From Clostridia bacterium DTU084 (lineage in GTDB: Bacteria; Bacillota; DTU084), in NCBI GenBank assembly GCA_001512905.1, contig LFTB01000140.1:1-61670 (forward strand): a stretch of DNA of 61,670 bases. The letters run 5' to 3'. The notes beneath the pieces were generated by a model. That model ran no database searches. It saw nothing but the letters and a program-made list of their open reading frames with translations, and had not been told where the DNA came from. Of this stretch, positions 1 through 11,268 are shown in pieces (within the stretch, counting starts at the first letter, position 1; every line of letters begins with the position of its first letter). Position numbers and translations under genes: made by a program.

Positions 1-71
1 GTGCGGGGATCCAGCCTATGTACGAAAGAATTGCCAGGCACAAACTGCCCGATAGTTACACCCTTTAGCAT
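1..71 (-). CDS. ecfT: ECF transporter transmembrane component EcfT (first 23 codons only; the gene runs off the window)
   Basis: The ATG at 69-71 overlaps the ecfA2 stop (ATGCTAA). The translation MLKGVTIGQFVPGNSFVHRLDPR matches the conserved EcfT N-terminus. Gene order is the canonical rplQ-ecfA-ecfA-ecfT. Confidence 0.8.
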   Translation of the reverse strand, partial: MLKGVTIGQFVPGNSFVHRLDPR

Positions 72-913
72 TTCTGCCTCCACGCTCTCAAAATCTCTGT
101 TTTCGCATCGCTGACTGAGAAAACATCTTCCCGGACCGGCCAGCCCCTGGCTTTGAGCTCATGCATGAGCTCTGTCACTGGCGGCAGCGAGAGGGCTGCC
201 TCTTTTAGCTTTTCCCGTTGGGCAAAGACTTTCTGTGGGGTGCCGTCCAGGAAGAGCCTGCCTTGGTGCAAGACCACCATCCGCTGAACTCTCGGCGCCA
301 GCTCCTGCATCCTGTGGGAAATGAGAATGATGGTTTTGCCTTCCTTATGAAGTCTTTCCACAAGCTTAAGGAGCATCTCCCTGCCTGCAGGATCCAAACC
401 TGCTGTGGGCTCGTCCAAAATCAGGATCTCAGGCTCCATGGCTAGAACTCCTGCCAGGGCCACTCGCCTTTTCTGCCCGCCGCTGAGGGCAAAGGGAGAG
501 CGATCAGCATACTCCTCTGGATCCATCTCCACGAGCTTCAAGGCACGCTTTGCCCGCAGCTCTGGTTCGGACAGTTCCAGATTCCGCGGACCGAAAGAAA
601 CATCTTCCAGCACAGTTTCTGCAAAAAGCTGCTGCTCAGGATACTGGAAGACCATCCCCACTTTGCGGCGCAGCTGCCTGTGGGAGCTCTTCACTCCTGG
701 ATCCAGCCCGTCAACTTGAATGATCCCCGGCTCTACAGGCAACAGCCCTGCTATAAGCTGCACCAGGGTGGATTTCCCTGAGCCTGTTTGTCCTGCTATG
801 CCCACAAATTCCCCTCGGGAAATGGAAAGGTTGACCCCCTCTAGAGCCTTGTAGGCCAGGGGAGTACCCTTTGCGTATGTGAAAGTGAGGTCTTGGATTT
901 GGATCATCGACAT
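65..913 (-). CDS. ecfA2: ECF transporter ATPase subunit (CbiO-type ABC ATPase)
   Basis: Walker A GQTGSGKST, ABC signature LSGGQKRRVALAG, Walker B ILILDEPTAGLD. It is the second of two tandem ATPase genes after rplQ. Confidence 0.9.
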   Translation of the reverse strand: MSMIQIQDLTFTYAKGTPLAYKALEGVNLSISRGEFVGIAGQTGSGKSTLVQLIAGLLPVEPGIIQVDGLDPGVKSSHRQLRRKVGMVFQYPEQQLFAETVLEDVSFGPRNLELSEPELRAKRALKLVEMDPEEYADRSPFALSGGQKRRVALAGVLAMEPEILILDEPTAGLDPAGREMLLKLVERLHKEGKTIILISHRMQELAPRVQRMVVLHQGRLFLDGTPQKVFAQREKLKEAALSLPPVTELMHELKARGWPVREDVFSVSDAKTEILRAWRQKC

Positions 914-1716
914 AGCCAGTTCACCAAAGCTTCTGTAGTATAGATGTGAGGAGGAATGGGGATCTGTTCTCGCAATTGCCAGGCAAGCTCCACGATTTGA
1001 GGAGGCCTGAGCCCAATCTCTTTGAGGAAGGGCTGGCTGAAAATGTCATGAGGCAGGCCGCTTTTGATGAGTTTTCCTTGGGAGAGGACGAAGATCCTTT
1101 GGGCCTGTGCAGCTTCCTCCATAAAGTGGGTAATCAAAATCAAGGTAATCCCCTTTTTGTGGAGGGAGGTAAGGGTTTCCCAGACCTCTAACCTGCCCTG
1201 GGGATCCAGCATGGCAGTTGGCTCATCCAAAACTATACAATCAGGTTCCATAGCCAGGACTCCAGCGATGGCAACCCGCTGCTTCTGGCCGCCAGAGAGC
1301 TTGTGGGGCTCGAAGCCAGCAAATTGGGTCATGCCAACCTGCTCCAAGGCCCAATCTACCCTGCGGCGGATTTCTTTCTGGGGCAGTCCCAGGTTTTCAG
1401 GCCCAAAGGCCACATCTTCCTCTACTGTGGTGGCCACCAGCTGGTTATCAGGGTTTTGAAAGACCATCCCCACTCTCCGCCGGATCTCCCAGATCTCGCT
1501 GCTTGTGGCATCTGCGGTTGTGATCCCGGCAATCCGGACTTTTCCCCCCGACGGCAGAAGCAGGGCGTTGAGGAGCTGGGCCAAGGTGGATTTACCTGAG
1601 CCATTGGGGCCAATAATGGCCACAAACTCACCTTGCTGCACCTGGAGGCTGACCTCCGAAAGGGCAGTGACCTGATTGTACCTGTAGCTCACGTTTTCCA
1701 ATTGGATGAGGGGCAT
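904..1716 (-). CDS. ecfA1: ECF transporter ATPase subunit (CbiO-type ABC ATPase)
   Basis: Walker A GPNGSGKST, signature LSGGQKQRVAIAG, Walker B CIVLDEPTAMLD. I trimmed the start to the ATG at 1716 (MPLIQLENV), which lies downstream of GGGAGGAAA. The track ORF extends to 1731. Confidence 0.9.
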   Translation of the reverse strand: MPLIQLENVSYRYNQVTALSEVSLQVQQGEFVAIIGPNGSGKSTLAQLLNALLLPSGGKVRIAGITTADATSSEIWEIRRRVGMVFQNPDNQLVATTVEEDVAFGPENLGLPQKEIRRRVDWALEQVGMTQFAGFEPHKLSGGQKQRVAIAGVLAMEPDCIVLDEPTAMLDPQGRLEVWETLTSLHKKGITLILITHFMEEAAQAQRIFVLSQGKLIKSGLPHDIFSQPFLKEIGLRPPQIVELAWQLREQIPIPPHIYTTEALVNWLCR

Positions 1717-1730
1717 CGAGTTTCCTCCCA

Positions 1731-1764
1731 AATGAAAAGGTTAGAGACTAGGGGCCTCTAACCT
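1731..1764 (-). terminator. Intrinsic terminator/attenuator between rplQ and ecfA1
   Basis: Minus-strand AGGTTAGAG, a 9-nt loop, CTCTAACCT, then TTTTCATTT. It sits immediately before the ecfA1 ribosome-binding site. Confidence 0.6.
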
Positions 1765-1784
1765 TTCTCTGCTGCCAATTTATC

Positions 1785-2117
1785 TTAAACTAATTCGATC
1801 AAAGCCGTCGGCGCTGCATCTCCCCGTCTGTAGCCTGCCTTGAGGACCCTCACATAGCCGCCGTTGCGTTCCTGATAGCGGGGAGCGATCTCGCCAAAAA
1901 GCTTTTGCACAGCCTCAGGCGAGAGCAAATAGGCTGCAGCTTGGCGCCTAGCATGAAGATCGCCGCGCTTGCCTAACGTGATTAACTTTTCCACTTCGCT
2001 TCTCACGGATTTTGCCCTGGCCTCAGTGGTTATCACCCGGCCGTTGAGGATCACCGATGTGGCCAGGTTACGCAGCATGGCTCGACGATGATCGGTACGC
2101 CGCCTTAATTTCCGCAT
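1785..2117 (-). CDS. rplQ: 50S ribosomal protein bL17
   Basis: [21 protein letters not shown]... is the typical L17 N-terminus. The gene follows rpoA. Confidence 0.96.
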   Translation of the reverse strand: MRKLRRRTDHRRAMLRNLATSVILNGRVITTEARAKSVRSEVEKLITLGKRGDLHARRQAAAYLLSPEAVQKLFGEIAPRYQERNGGYVRVLKAGYRRGDAAPTALIELV

Positions 2118-2135
2118 CTTTCTCCCTCCTCCACG

Positions 2136-3077
2136 CTACTCGTCTTCCTGGCGAAAGGAAAGGTTAAGGCTTGCCAGCTTATTCTTTACCTCTTCCAGGG
2201 ATTTCTTGCCCAAGTTTCGTACTTTCATCATATCTGCTTCTGTTTTCTTGATTAGCTCCTCTACTGTATTGATCCCGGCGCGCTTGAGACAGTTGTACGA
2301 GCGGACAGACAGATCCAGCTCTTCGATGGGCATCTCGAGGATCTTGCTCATTTCGTCTTCCTCTTCCTCCTGAACCTCTTCCTGGCTCTCCTCGAGGCCA
2401 GTCAGGTTCACGAAGAGGGTGAAGTGGTCGATGAGAATTTTAGCAGCTGCGCTGATTGCTTCTTCTGGCAAAATGCTGCCGTCTGTCCAAACTTCGAGGA
2501 CCAGGCGGTCAAAGTCTGTGATCTGCCCTACCCTGGTGTCCTCAACTTGATAGTTTACCCTCCGCACAGGGCTGAAAAGAGCATCTACCGGGATTACCCC
2601 TATGGGAGCATCAGGAGATTTTATTTTTTCAGCTGTTACGTAGCCTTTTCCTTTTTGGACAGTCACTTCCATCTCCAGCTTGGCATCTTCGGTCAAAGTT
2701 GCGATGTGCAGATCAGGATTCAGAACTTCCACTTCGCTGGAAAATTGAATGTCCTCTGCCTTAACCTCAGCAGGTCCCTGCATTTCCACCCTGCCTGTTA
2801 CAGGCTCGTCGGTATGGACTTTCAGCAGGACCTCCTTCAGGTTAAGCATGATTTCTATGGTATCCTCCACTACCCCTGGAATGCTGGAGAATTCATGGAG
2901 CACACCGTCGATCCTCATGGAAGTCACGGCAGCCCCGGGCAGCGAGGAGAGCAGAACACGCCTTAGTGCGTTACCGAGAGTAGTGCCATAGCCGCGATCT
3001 AAGGGCTCGATGATGAACTTACCGTAAGTTTCTTCCCGCTTTTCGCACTCGATCCGTGGCTTCTCAATTTCGATCAA
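2136..3077 (-). CDS. rpoA: DNA-directed RNA polymerase alpha subunit
   Basis: IEIEKPRIE...[20 protein letters not shown] is present. I chose the TTG at 3077, which lies 8 nt after AGGAGG and gives the canonical MIEIEKP N-terminus. The track ORF starts at 3095. Confidence 0.95.
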   Translation of the reverse strand: MIEIEKPRIECEKREETYGKFIIEPLDRGYGTTLGNALRRVLLSSLPGAAVTSMRIDGVLHEFSSIPGVVEDTIEIMLNLKEVLLKVHTDEPVTGRVEMQGPAEVKAEDIQFSSEVEVLNPDLHIATLTEDAKLEMEVTVQKGKGYVTAEKIKSPDAPIGVIPVDALFSPVRRVNYQVEDTRVGQITDFDRLVLEVWTDGSILPEEAISAAAKILIDHFTLFVNLTGLEESQEEVQEEEEDEMSKILEMPIEELDLSVRSYNCLKRAGINTVEELIKKTEADMMKVRNLGKKSLEEVKNKLASLNLSFRQEDE

Positions 3078-3134
3078 TATCATACCCTCCTTCAAAACAC
3101 GCCATTGGCGTTTAGTTCAACCAGGCAGAGAGGG

Positions 3135-3761
3135 TTATCTTGAATAAAGCTCAACAATCAGATGCTCTTGCACAGGGGTATCGATTTGCTCGCGCTTCGG
3201 CAGTTCCAGCACAGTGCCTGAAAGGGTTTCAGCATTCAGCTGCAGCCACTCTGGCACTACCCGCTTGCCCAGGTCCTCTGCCAGCGAAGCAATTGCTGGA
3301 TGATCCTTGCTTCCTTCGCGCACAGCAACCTCATCTCCAGCCCTCAGCAGGTAAGAGGGGATATTAACCCGCCTGCCGTTGACCTGGAAATGACCGTGCC
3401 GCACCATCTGTCTAGCCTCTGCCCTGGAGGCAGCAAATCCAAGCCGGTAGACTACATTGTCCAATCTTCTCTCCAAGAGCTGCAAGAGATTCTCACCGGT
3501 AATTCCCCGTTTGCGCTCTGCCAATCTGAAGTAGCGGACGAACTGTTTTTCCAAAAGGCCGTAGCTCTGACGCAGCTTCTGCTTCTCCCGCAGCTGCAGA
3601 CCATATTCTGAAATCTTCTTTCTCCCCTGACCGTGTTCGCCAGGAGCATAAGATCTACGTTCAATAGCGCATTTGTTTGTGAAACAGCGGTCCCCTTTCA
3701 GGAAGAGCTTTTCCCCTTCCCGACGGCACAACCGGCAAACTGGGCCCGTGTACCTTGCCAT
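3135..3761 (-). CDS. rpsD: 30S ribosomal protein uS4 (four-Cys form)
   Basis: [31 protein letters not shown]. The ATG at 3761 lies 8 nt after GGAGGTG. The track ORF is over-extended to 3818. Confidence 0.96.
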   Translation of the reverse strand: MARYTGPVCRLCRREGEKLFLKGDRCFTNKCAIERRSYAPGEHGQGRKKISEYGLQLREKQKLRQSYGLLEKQFVRYFRLAERKRGITGENLLQLLERRLDNVVYRLGFAASRAEARQMVRHGHFQVNGRRVNIPSYLLRAGDEVAVREGSKDHPAIASLAEDLGKRVVPEWLQLNAETLSGTVLELPKREQIDTPVQEHLIVELYSR

Positions 3762-3783
3762 CCAAATAACACCTCCTCTATTG

Positions 3784-4179
3784 CTACACCCGTCGCCTTT
3801 TTGGTGGCCGGCAACCATTGTGGGGAATTGGCGTTACATCCTTGATTACGTTCACTTCCAGCCCTGCAGCTTGCAGCGAACGGATGGCAGCCTCCCTGCC
3901 GGATCCGGGTCCTTTCACGTAAACTTCGATCTCTCTAAGGCCGTGCTCCATGGCAGCTCTGGCTGCAGCATCAGCTGCCATCTGGGCTGCAAAAGGTGTG
4001 CCTTTGCGGGACCCTTTAAAGCCCACGTTGCCTGAGCTGGACCAGGAGATAACGTTGCCCTGGCGATCGGAGATAGTCACAATGGTATTGTTAAAGGTGG
4101 AACGGATATGGGCCACTCCGCTTTCGATGTTTTTGCGCTCTCTGCGGCGGGGCCTGGTTCCACGCCTTGCTCTCGCCAT
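3784..4179 (-). CDS. rpsK: 30S ribosomal protein uS11
   Basis: [23 protein letters not shown] is present. The ATG at 4179 lies 9 nt after GGGAGG. Confidence 0.96.
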   Translation of the reverse strand: MARARRGTRPRRRERKNIESGVAHIRSTFNNTIVTISDRQGNVISWSSSGNVGFKGSRKGTPFAAQMAADAAARAAMEHGLREIEVYVKGPGSGREAAIRSLQAAGLEVNVIKDVTPIPHNGCRPPKRRRV

Positions 4180-4194
4180 TCTCATATACCTCCC

Positions 4195-4569
4195 TTAAGC
4201 CCGTTTCTTCTTAGCTCCAGGAATCCGCTTGGGTCCTTTCCTTGTCCTGGCATTTGTGCGGGTCCGCTGACCGCGCACAGGCAGTCCCATGCGGTGTCTT
4301 CTCCCCCTGTAGGAGCCGATATCGATCAGGCGCTTGATATTCATGGCTTCTTCGCGCCTCAGATCTCCTTCAACTTTGTAGTCCCGGTCTATGATCTCGC
4401 GGATTTTCGTAACCTCTGACTCTGTGAGATCCTTGACTCTGGTCTGTGGGCTAACGCCAGCTTTGGCGATGATTTCCTGGGCAAGGGAGAGGCCGATTCC
4501 GTAAATATAGGTGAGAGCCACCTCTACACGCTTGTCCCTAGGTAGATCTACCCCTGCTATACGTGCCAT
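4195..4569 (-). CDS. rpsM: 30S ribosomal protein uS13
   Basis: [26 protein letters not shown]. Confidence 0.97.
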   Translation of the reverse strand: MARIAGVDLPRDKRVEVALTYIYGIGLSLAQEIIAKAGVSPQTRVKDLTESEVTKIREIIDRDYKVEGDLRREEAMNIKRLIDIGSYRGRRHRMGLPVRGQRTRTNARTRKGPKRIPGAKKKRA

Positions 4570-4581
4570 GCTTTCACCTCC

Positions 4582-4716
<135 letters not shown>

Positions 4717-4935
4717 TTACTTATACCGATAAACGATCCGACCCCGGGACAAATCGTAAGGGGAGAGTTCAACTGTTACCCTGTCTCCAGCGAGAATTTT
4801 GATGAAGTGCATCCGCATCTTGCCGGAAATATGGGCTAACACCTTATGACCATTATCCAACTCAACACGAAACATCGCATTTGGAAGGGGTTCGATAACC
4901 CGCCCTTCCACCTCAATAACATCTTGTTTAGCCAA
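4717..4935 (-). CDS. infA: Translation initiation factor IF-1
   Basis: [41 protein letters not shown]. Confidence 0.97.
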   Translation of the reverse strand: MAKQDVIEVEGRVIEPLPNAMFRVELDNGHKVLAHISGKMRMHFIKILAGDRVTVELSPYDLSRGRIVYRYK

Positions 4936-5242
4936 GCTTCTCCTCCCCTCCTTGTTCAGGAGTCGTGTTATTTTCTTGCTCTAGAAGTTTTGCGAGGGCA
5001 CCTCTGAGCTCAGAATTTGTAACCTTTCCTGTAGTTTCCAATTTCACCTTGAGCTCCTCATCCAGCCGCTTGCGGCATTTGAGGTGCAGTGGATTCTTTT
5101 TCTTGGGACGATCCATTTTTCTCGTGATCCCATCAGCCACCAATACCCTGCCGTCTTGGTATCCCACGACAATATAGTGCCGTCCCTTGTCTCTGCCTGA
5201 GCGAGAAAACACTAATTGTCCCAGCTGTGGAAAACTGCCCAT
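4928..5242 (-). CDS. Small KOW-domain RNA-binding protein (the map-infA spacer gene typical of Clostridia-like genomes)
   Basis: The [20 protein letters not shown] segment is KOW-like. The C-terminal half is basic/acidic. The call also rests on the conserved position between map and infA. Confidence 0.7.
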   Translation of the reverse strand: MGSFPQLGQLVFSRSGRDKGRHYIVVGYQDGRVLVADGITRKMDRPKKKNPLHLKCRKRLDEELKVKLETTGKVTNSELRGALAKLLEQENNTTPEQGGEEKLG

Positions 5243-5243
5243 G

Positions 5244-6005
5244 TTAAAATCTTTCCTCCCCGAGGGTAGTTAGCGGCACAGGACCTGAGGCGGTAATGGC
5301 AACAGTGTGCTCGAAATGAGCAGACAGCTTCCCATCGGCAGTTCTGACTGTCCAGTTGTCGCTGTCCAGGACAACCCGATGGGTACCCAGGTTGAACATG
5401 GGTTCGATGGCGATTGTCATGCCAACTCTGAGGGTTATTCCCCGACCGCGCTTGCCGAAATTCGGCACCTGGGGATCTTCATGCATTTTCGTGCCAATGC
5501 CATGTCCCACCAGATCCCGAACCACGCCGTAGCCAGCTTTCTTGGCAACCTCCTCAATGGTTGCGGAAATGTCCCCCAGCTTGTTGCCCGGCTGTGCCTG
5601 GGCAATCCCTTCCCAAAGGGCTCTTTCTGTTGTAGCCAGAAGGTTCTGTGCTTCCTGTGAAATCTCACCTACAGGAATGGTCTGGGCGCTGTCAGCATGC
5701 CAGCCACCAAGGATGGTGCCGATATCGATGCCGATGATGTCGCCCTCTTCCAAACGCTGAGACCCTGGGATGCCGTGGACCACCACATCGTTAATTGCCA
5801 CACAAATGCTGCCGGGAAAACCTTGATACCCCTTAAACGAAGGGATGGCACCCTGGCTGCGGATGTACTCTTCCGCTGCCCTGTCCAGCTCCAAGGTGGT
5901 TATCCCGGGCCTCACCAGCTCTCGCAATTTAGCATGGGTCTGGGCCAGCACCTTGCCTGAACGCCTCATCAGATCGATTTGTTCAGGTGATTTCAAAATG
6001 ATCAT
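5244..6005 (-). CDS. map: Type I methionine aminopeptidase
   Basis: The metal-ligand context is visible (DIGTILGGWHADS, VGHGIG, IEP). Confidence 0.95.
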   Translation of the reverse strand: MIILKSPEQIDLMRRSGKVLAQTHAKLRELVRPGITTLELDRAAEEYIRSQGAIPSFKGYQGFPGSICVAINDVVVHGIPGSQRLEEGDIIGIDIGTILGGWHADSAQTIPVGEISQEAQNLLATTERALWEGIAQAQPGNKLGDISATIEEVAKKAGYGVVRDLVGHGIGTKMHEDPQVPNFGKRGRGITLRVGMTIAIEPMFNLGTHRVVLDSDNWTVRTADGKLSAHFEHTVAITASGPVPLTTLGEERF

Positions 6006-6658
6006 TTACCCGTAACCCCTAGTTTGGCCTTGATCTCTTCGTAAGTCGCCTCGCGGCTCAGATCGCCATTTACTGTGATGAGCAGGCCTTTCTGCTGGTA
6101 GTAGTCGATGAGAGGCGCTGTCTTCTCCTGGTATTCACGGAGCCGCTTTTTGATGGTTTCCGGTTCATCATCTGCCCGCCGCACAACAGCGCCGCCGCAG
6201 CTGTCGCAGACGCCTGCCTTGGCAGGTGGCTTGCTCTGGGCATGATAGGGCGCACCACAGCTTCTGCACACTAGCCGGTGCGCAAGGCGCTGCACGATGA
6301 CTTCAGGAGTTGTGCGCACCTCGATTACGTAATCCAGCTTCATGTCCAATTTTTTAAAGATCTCATCCAAGGCCTCAGCCTGTGCAAGGGTACGGGGAAA
6401 CCCGTCCAGGAGACATCCCGAAGGGCCGACTTTCTGCAGAAACTCCTCCACAAGGCCAATGATCACTTGATCTGGAACCAGCTTCCCAGCTTCCATGTAG
6501 GAGGCTGCCTCTTTGCCCAGCTGCGTCTGGGCTTCCACTGCCTCCCGCAGGAGATTGCCAGTGGAAAGATGGACCAGGCCCAAATCATTTACCAAAAGTT
6601 CAGCCTGAGTACCTTTGCCTGCACCAGGCGCTCCCAAGAGGATTATTTTCAAGCCCAT
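6002..6658 (-). CDS. adk: Adenylate kinase (Zn-lid form)
   Basis: P-loop GAPGAGKGTQ. The lid carries CRSCG...CDSCGG. Confidence 0.96.
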   Translation of the reverse strand: MGLKIILLGAPGAGKGTQAELLVNDLGLVHLSTGNLLREAVEAQTQLGKEAASYMEAGKLVPDQVIIGLVEEFLQKVGPSGCLLDGFPRTLAQAEALDEIFKKLDMKLDYVIEVRTTPEVIVQRLAHRLVCRSCGAPYHAQSKPPAKAGVCDSCGGAVVRRADDEPETIKKRLREYQEKTAPLIDYYQQKGLLITVNGDLSREATYEEIKAKLGVTGK

Positions 6659-6671
6659 TTAGTTCTCCTTC

Positions 6672-7931
6672 TTACTTCATGAAACCTTCGTAGTTCCTCA
6701 TGATGAGGCTGGTTTCCAACTGCTTCATTGTGTCTAACGCCACGCCCACAACGATCAGAAGCGACGTGCCACCCCAGTAAATGCTGGTAACTCTGGTGAT
6801 CGCCGAAACAATGTAAGGCAGCACAGCGATGAGCGCGAGGAAGAAGGCACCCACCAGCGTGATTCTGGTCAGGATCTTTTCCAGATATTCGGCTGTGGGT
6901 TTGCCAGGCCGAATGCCGGGGATGAATCCCCCATATTTTTTGATGTTGTTAGCTACCTCCATTGGGTTGAAGGTAATTGCTGTGTAAAAGTATGTGAAAA
7001 AGAAGATCAGAATCACATAGAGCACATTGTACAAAACGCTGCGCAGCCCGAACAGGTGTTCATACTTCTGCAGCGCTGGAATAAACATGGCCAGCGTCTG
7101 GGGAAAGGCAAGGACGCTTGATGCGAAAATCACTGGAATCACGCCAGCGGAGTTCAGCCGCAAGGGGATGTGGGTGCTCTGTCCGCCCATCACCCTCCGT
7201 CCAACAACCCGCTTGGAATAGTGAACCGGAATTCTCCGCTGTGCTTCCTGCACCATGATCACTGCAGCGATGGTGAACAGGGAAATCACCACAAAGAGAG
7301 CAAGGTTCCAAATGCTGATTCCGCCTGCGCCTACAGACTGGATGGTGTTAGAAACCTCCCAAGGAAGGCGTGCCACAATACCTGTAAAGATGATCAGAGA
7401 AATCCCGTTGCCGATTCCCTGCTCCGAGATCTTCTCGCCCAGCCACATGAGAAAACAGGTGCCAGCGGTCAGCGTCAAAAGGATCATGGCCAGGGTCCAG
7501 TTGTAGGGAAGCAGGTCGTCTGTGACAAACTGGCGGATGGTCATGGTGATTCCGAAGGCCTGAAACAAACCTAAAACCACCGTGCCCCATCTGGTGTATT
7601 TCTGGATCACCTTCTGGCCTTCTGCTCCCTCTTTTGCCAGTTCCTCGAGACTGGGAATAACCACAGTCAAAAGCTGCATGATAATGGAAGATGTGATATA
7701 AGGGTTAACACCAAGGGCAAAGACTGTGAAGCGGCTCAAGGCACCGCCGGCAAACATATCCAGAAGGCCGAAGATGTTATTGCCGCCGAGCTGATTTGCG
7801 ATCTGGGCTGTATCAACACCTGGCACAGGGATATATGAGCCAACGCGGAAGACCAAAAGCAGCCCGAAGGTGTAGAGTATCCTCTTTCTGATGTCTTCAA
7901 CCCTAAGCGCGTTTTTAAAGGCCTCCAGCAA
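6672..7931 (-). CDS. secY: Preprotein translocase subunit SecY
   Basis: The TTG at 7931 comes directly after the rplO stop and a GGAGGTG. The product LLEAFKNALRVEDIRKRILYT is a typical SecY N-terminus. The track ORF, which starts at 8000, would overlap rplO by 68 nt. Confidence 0.94.
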   Translation of the reverse strand: MLEAFKNALRVEDIRKRILYTFGLLLVFRVGSYIPVPGVDTAQIANQLGGNNIFGLLDMFAGGALSRFTVFALGVNPYITSSIIMQLLTVVIPSLEELAKEGAEGQKVIQKYTRWGTVVLGLFQAFGITMTIRQFVTDDLLPYNWTLAMILLTLTAGTCFLMWLGEKISEQGIGNGISLIIFTGIVARLPWEVSNTIQSVGAGGISIWNLALFVVISLFTIAAVIMVQEAQRRIPVHYSKRVVGRRVMGGQSTHIPLRLNSAGVIPVIFASSVLAFPQTLAMFIPALQKYEHLFGLRSVLYNVLYVILIFFFTYFYTAITFNPMEVANNIKKYGGFIPGIRPGKPTAEYLEKILTRITLVGAFFLALIAVLPYIVSAITRVTSIYWGGTSLLIVVGVALDTMKQLETSLIMRNYEGFMK

Positions 7932-7932
7932 G

Positions 7933-8373
7933 CTAGACCACCTCCACTTTCCCGCCACGAGCGGCAATCTTCTCTGCTGCAGCTTTGCTACAAGCGTCAA
8001 CCTTTACTGTGAGCGTCCTCTCCAGATCCCCTTCGCCGAGGAGCTTAACCATGTCGGGATTCCCTTTAACCAAGCCCTGGCTCTTCAAGAGATCTACAGT
8101 CACTTCGGTTCCGTCTTCAAATCTGTTCAGGGCCCCTACATTGACAACAGCCACTTCACGCTTGAAAATGTTGGTGAAGCCGCGTTTTGGAAGACGCCGC
8201 TGCAGAGGGGTCTGACCGCCCTCAAAGGCAGGACCTTTGCCACCGCCAGAGCGTGCCTTCTGCCCTTTATGGCCTTTGCCGCATGTTTTTCCGAGACCTG
8301 AGCCAATTCCTCTCCCCACACGGCGGGGCGCTTTTCTGCTGCCGGGCTCCGGTCGCAGTTCATGAAGCTTCAA
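7933..8373 (-). CDS. rplO: 50S ribosomal protein uL15
   Basis: [30 protein letters not shown]. Confidence 0.97.
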   Translation of the reverse strand: MKLHELRPEPGSRKAPRRVGRGIGSGLGKTCGKGHKGQKARSGGGKGPAFEGGQTPLQRRLPKRGFTNIFKREVAVVNVGALNRFEDGTEVTVDLLKSQGLVKGNPDMVKLLGEGDLERTLTVKVDACSKAAAEKIAARGGKVEVV

Positions 8374-8407
8374 CCTGATTCACCCCCTCTTAAAACGTTT
8401 CTTCGAA

Positions 8408-8593
8408 TTAGGCAATTTCCTCTACGTCGACCAAATGGGAAACTTTCGCTACCATGCCACGGATCGCAGGGGTATCCGGTTGTTCCACACTGCTGTTCAG
8501 CTTGCGGAGTCCCAAAGCCTTCACTGTGTCTTTTTGGTCCTGGGCATAACCGATGGGGCTTTTCTTGAGGGTAATCCGTAGCTTTTTCTCCAT
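8408..8593 (-). CDS. rpmD: 50S ribosomal protein uL30
   Basis: [28 protein letters not shown]. Confidence 0.95.
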   Translation of the reverse strand: MEKKLRITLKKSPIGYAQDQKDTVKALGLRKLNSSVEQPDTPAIRGMVAKVSHLVDVEEIA

Positions 8594-8605
8594 TGTACTC
8601 CCCTC

Positions 8606-9100
8606 CTAGGCTAAATCTTCCACTGACTTGCCTCTAAGTGCTGCAACTTCCTCAGCCCGCTTCAGGGAAGCAAGTCCGGCCATAGTCGCCCGTACCATAT
8701 TGATTGGGTTTGAAGAGCCTAAGGATTTTGTGAGAATGTCTTTAATCCCTGCAAGCTCCAATACTGCACGCACAGGTCCCCCGGCGATCACGCCTGTACC
8801 GAGTCTGGCAGGCTTCAGTAATACTTTACCTGCTCCAAAGACTGCGTTCACCTCGTGGGGGATCGTGGTACCCACCATAGGCACTGTGATCATATTTTTC
8901 TTGGCATCGTCCACACCTTTGCGGATGGCATCGGAAATGTCTTGGGCTTTGCCCAGGCCTGCTCCTACCCGGCCGTTTTCGTCTCCAACCACCACCAAAG
9001 CGCTAAAGCTGCGGTTTCTGCCGCCTTTAACTGTTTTCGAAACAGGATTGATGCTTACAACCCGTTCTTTGAGCTCCGATTGTTCAGCGCTTCTTGCCAT
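8606..9100 (-). CDS. rpsE: 30S ribosomal protein uS5
   Basis: [27 protein letters not shown]. Confidence 0.97.
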   Translation of the reverse strand: MARSAEQSELKERVVSINPVSKTVKGGRNRSFSALVVVGDENGRVGAGLGKAQDISDAIRKGVDDAKKNMITVPMVGTTIPHEVNAVFGAGKVLLKPARLGTGVIAGGPVRAVLELAGIKDILTKSLGSSNPINMVRATMAGLASLKRAEEVAALRGKSVEDLA

Positions 9101-9120
9101 TATGCTGTTATCCCTCCCTC

Positions 9121-9483
9121 CTAAAATTTCAAGCCGCCCTTGCGCGCTCCCTCGGAGAGGGCAGCAACACGACCGTGATAGAGGTTGCCACCACGATCGA
9201 AGACCACCTCAGAAATCCCAGCCGCAAGAGCACGCTCTGCCAAAAGCTCTCCAACTTTCTCGGCAGCTTCGCAATTGCCGCCATACTCAAGGCCGAGACC
9301 TTTATCCAGGCTTGATGCGCTAACCAGCGTCCTGCCGTTTACATCGTCTATGAGCTGTGCGTAAATGTTGGACAGGCTGCGGTAGACGCTTAGCCTCGGC
9401 CTCTGGGGTGTGCCAAAGATTTTTTTGCGTGCCCGGTTTTGTCTTCTCCTGCGGGCACCCTTCCGATCAAACTGTTTGAACAA
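9121..9483 (-). CDS. rplR: 50S ribosomal protein uL18
   Basis: [19 protein letters not shown]...[12 protein letters not shown]. Confidence 0.97.
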   Translation of the reverse strand: MFKQFDRKGARRRRQNRARKKIFGTPQRPRLSVYRSLSNIYAQLIDDVNGRTLVSASSLDKGLGLEYGGNCEAAEKVGELLAERALAAGISEVVFDRGGNLYHGRVAALSEGARKGGLKF

Positions 9484-9501
9484 GTCCTGCTACCCCCTTA
9501 C

Positions 9502-10047
9502 CTAACTGCCTGCTTTTCCGGCTTTACCAGCCTTGCGACGTACTCTCTCGCCCTCATAGCGAATGCCCTTGCCTTTGTAGGGTTCAGGCAGCCTGAGGCC
9601 GCGAATCTTCGCTGCCAGCTCACCAACAGCTTGTTTGTCTGCCCCGCTAACCACAATCCTGGTGGGAGCAGGTACGTCTATTTGAATGCCAGAAGGCGCT
9701 TCGATTTCAATTGGTTGGGAATAACCTACGTTGATGGTTACTTTCGAGCCGGATTTGCTGGCGCGGTACCCAACACCTACGATTTCCAAGGATTTGCTGA
9801 AACCCTCAGTGACACCCACCACCATGTTGTTCACTAAGCTTCTGGTGAGGCCATGGAGGGATTTGTGTTCTTTGCTGTCAGAAGGCCGTTCCACGTACAG
9901 CACGTTGTCTTCCTGCCTGATGGTGATGCCTGCGGGCAGCCTTTGGGACAATTCCCCTTTAGGGCCTTTAACTTTCACCAGATTGCCCTCGATGGCCACA
10001 CTGACGCCCCCAGGCACGGGAACGGGCATCTTACCAATTCTGGACAT
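9502..10047 (-). CDS. rplF: 50S ribosomal protein uL6
   Basis: [17 protein letters not shown]...KGPKGELS. Confidence 0.97.
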   Translation of the reverse strand: MSRIGKMPVPVPGGVSVAIEGNLVKVKGPKGELSQRLPAGITIRQEDNVLYVERPSDSKEHKSLHGLTRSLVNNMVVGVTEGFSKSLEIVGVGYRASKSGSKVTINVGYSQPIEIEAPSGIQIDVPAPTRIVVSGADKQAVGELAAKIRGLRLPEPYKGKGIRYEGERVRRKAGKAGKAGS

Positions 10048-10071
10048 TATTCCACCTCCTGCTCTGCCTCA

Positions 10072-10464
10072 CTACCAGATATAACACATAACCTCACCGC
10101 CAATTCCCGCATCTCTGGCTTGCTTGTCAGTCATCAAGCCTTTTGATGTGGAAATAATGGCGATTCCCAAACCTCCGAGAACGCGCGGGATTTTGTCGTG
10201 TGAGGCATAAACCCGTAGTCCTGGCTTGCTAATTCTCCGCAGGCCGCTTACAACCTGCTCTTTGTTGGGTCCATATTTCAAAAACAGACGCAAAACGCCC
10301 TGCTTGTCGTCGTCAATTGTAGTGTAGTCCCGGATATAGCCCTCCTCCTTAAGGATTCTCGCGATCTCGCGCTTGATCCTGGAAGAGGGAATATCTACCG
10401 CTTCGTGCTTGACAAGGGTTGCGTTGCGAATGCGGGTGAGCATATCCGCAATCGGATCGGTCAT
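10072..10464 (-). CDS. rpsH: 30S ribosomal protein uS8
   Basis: [15 protein letters not shown]. Confidence 0.97.
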   Translation of the reverse strand: MTDPIADMLTRIRNATLVKHEAVDIPSSRIKREIARILKEEGYIRDYTTIDDDKQGVLRLFLKYGPNKEQVVSGLRRISKPGLRVYASHDKIPRVLGGLGIAIISTSKGLMTDKQARDAGIGGEVMCYIW

Positions 10465-10491
10465 CGTAATCTATCCCCCTCTCTGGTCAGG

Positions 10492-10677
10492 CTACCAGCT
10501 GGCCTTTGTCACACCTGGTATCTCGCCGCGATGAGCAAGCTCGCGGAAACATATACGACAAAGACCAAACTTCCGCATATAACCTCTAGGCCGTCCGCAA
10601 ATCCGGCAGCGGTTGTACTTGCGAACTGCAAATTTCGGCGTCCGCTGCTGCCGAACCTTTTGCGATGTTTTGGCCAA
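10492..10677 (-). CDS. rpsN: 30S ribosomal protein uS14, Zn-binding type Z (61 aa)
   Basis: [20 protein letters not shown] is present. The TTG at 10677 after GGAGAGAGGTGA gives the canonical 61-aa form. The track ORF starts at 10686. Confidence 0.93.
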   Translation of the reverse strand: MAKTSQKVRQQRTPKFAVRKYNRCRICGRPRGYMRKFGLCRICFRELAHRGEIPGVTKASW

Positions 10678-10695
10678 ATCCCTCACCTCTCTCCA

Positions 10696-11238
10696 TTAGG
10701 ACTGAGCAAACGGCATACCCATTTGCTTAAGCAGCTCGTATGCCTCCTCGTCGGTCTTGGCGCTTGTTATGATGGAAATGTTCATTCCCCTAACTTTCTG
10801 CACCTTATCGTAATCGATCTCTGGAAAGACCAGTTGTTCTCTAAGCCCTAAAGTGTAATTGCCCCGGCCGTCGAAAGCTCTAGTAGAAACACCGCGAAAG
10901 TCTCGAATCCGCGGCAGGGCAACGTTAATCAGCTTTTCAAGAAAGTCATACATCCGCTCGCCCCGGAGGGTTACCATACAGCCGATGGGCACTCCTGCAC
11001 GCAACTTAAAATTAGCGATGGATTTCTTAGCTCGCGTGATGAGCGGTCTTTGGCCAGTGATCAGCGCCAGCTCCTCCACTGCTGCGTCCAAAAGCTTGGG
11101 GTCTGCAGTGGCGTCGCCTACGCCGATGTTGACAACCACTTTAACTACTTTGGGAATCTGCATGGGGTTTTTGTAGTTAAAGCGCGCTGCCAACGCTGGC
11201 TTGACCTCTTGTTCATAAGTCTCCTTCAAGCGCGACAT
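10696..11238 (-). CDS. rplE: 50S ribosomal protein uL5
   Basis: [16 protein letters not shown]...[10 protein letters not shown]. Confidence 0.97.
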   Translation of the reverse strand: MSRLKETYEQEVKPALAARFNYKNPMQIPKVVKVVVNIGVGDATADPKLLDAAVEELALITGQRPLITRAKKSIANFKLRAGVPIGCMVTLRGERMYDFLEKLINVALPRIRDFRGVSTRAFDGRGNYTLGLREQLVFPEIDYDKVQKVRGMNISIITSAKTDEEAYELLKQMGMPFAQS

Positions 11239-11268
11239 TCCCTCGCCCTCCCTATTCTATCCAGTAAC

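Noticed and set aside
8628-9323. A 231-aa plus-strand ORF. Many similar 60-280-aa plus-strand ORFs occur across 200-29000, including 22066-22920 and 9731-10084.
   Set aside because: All of them are antisense shadows of universally conserved ribosomal or RNAP genes, in a region where every minus-strand gene is accounted for.
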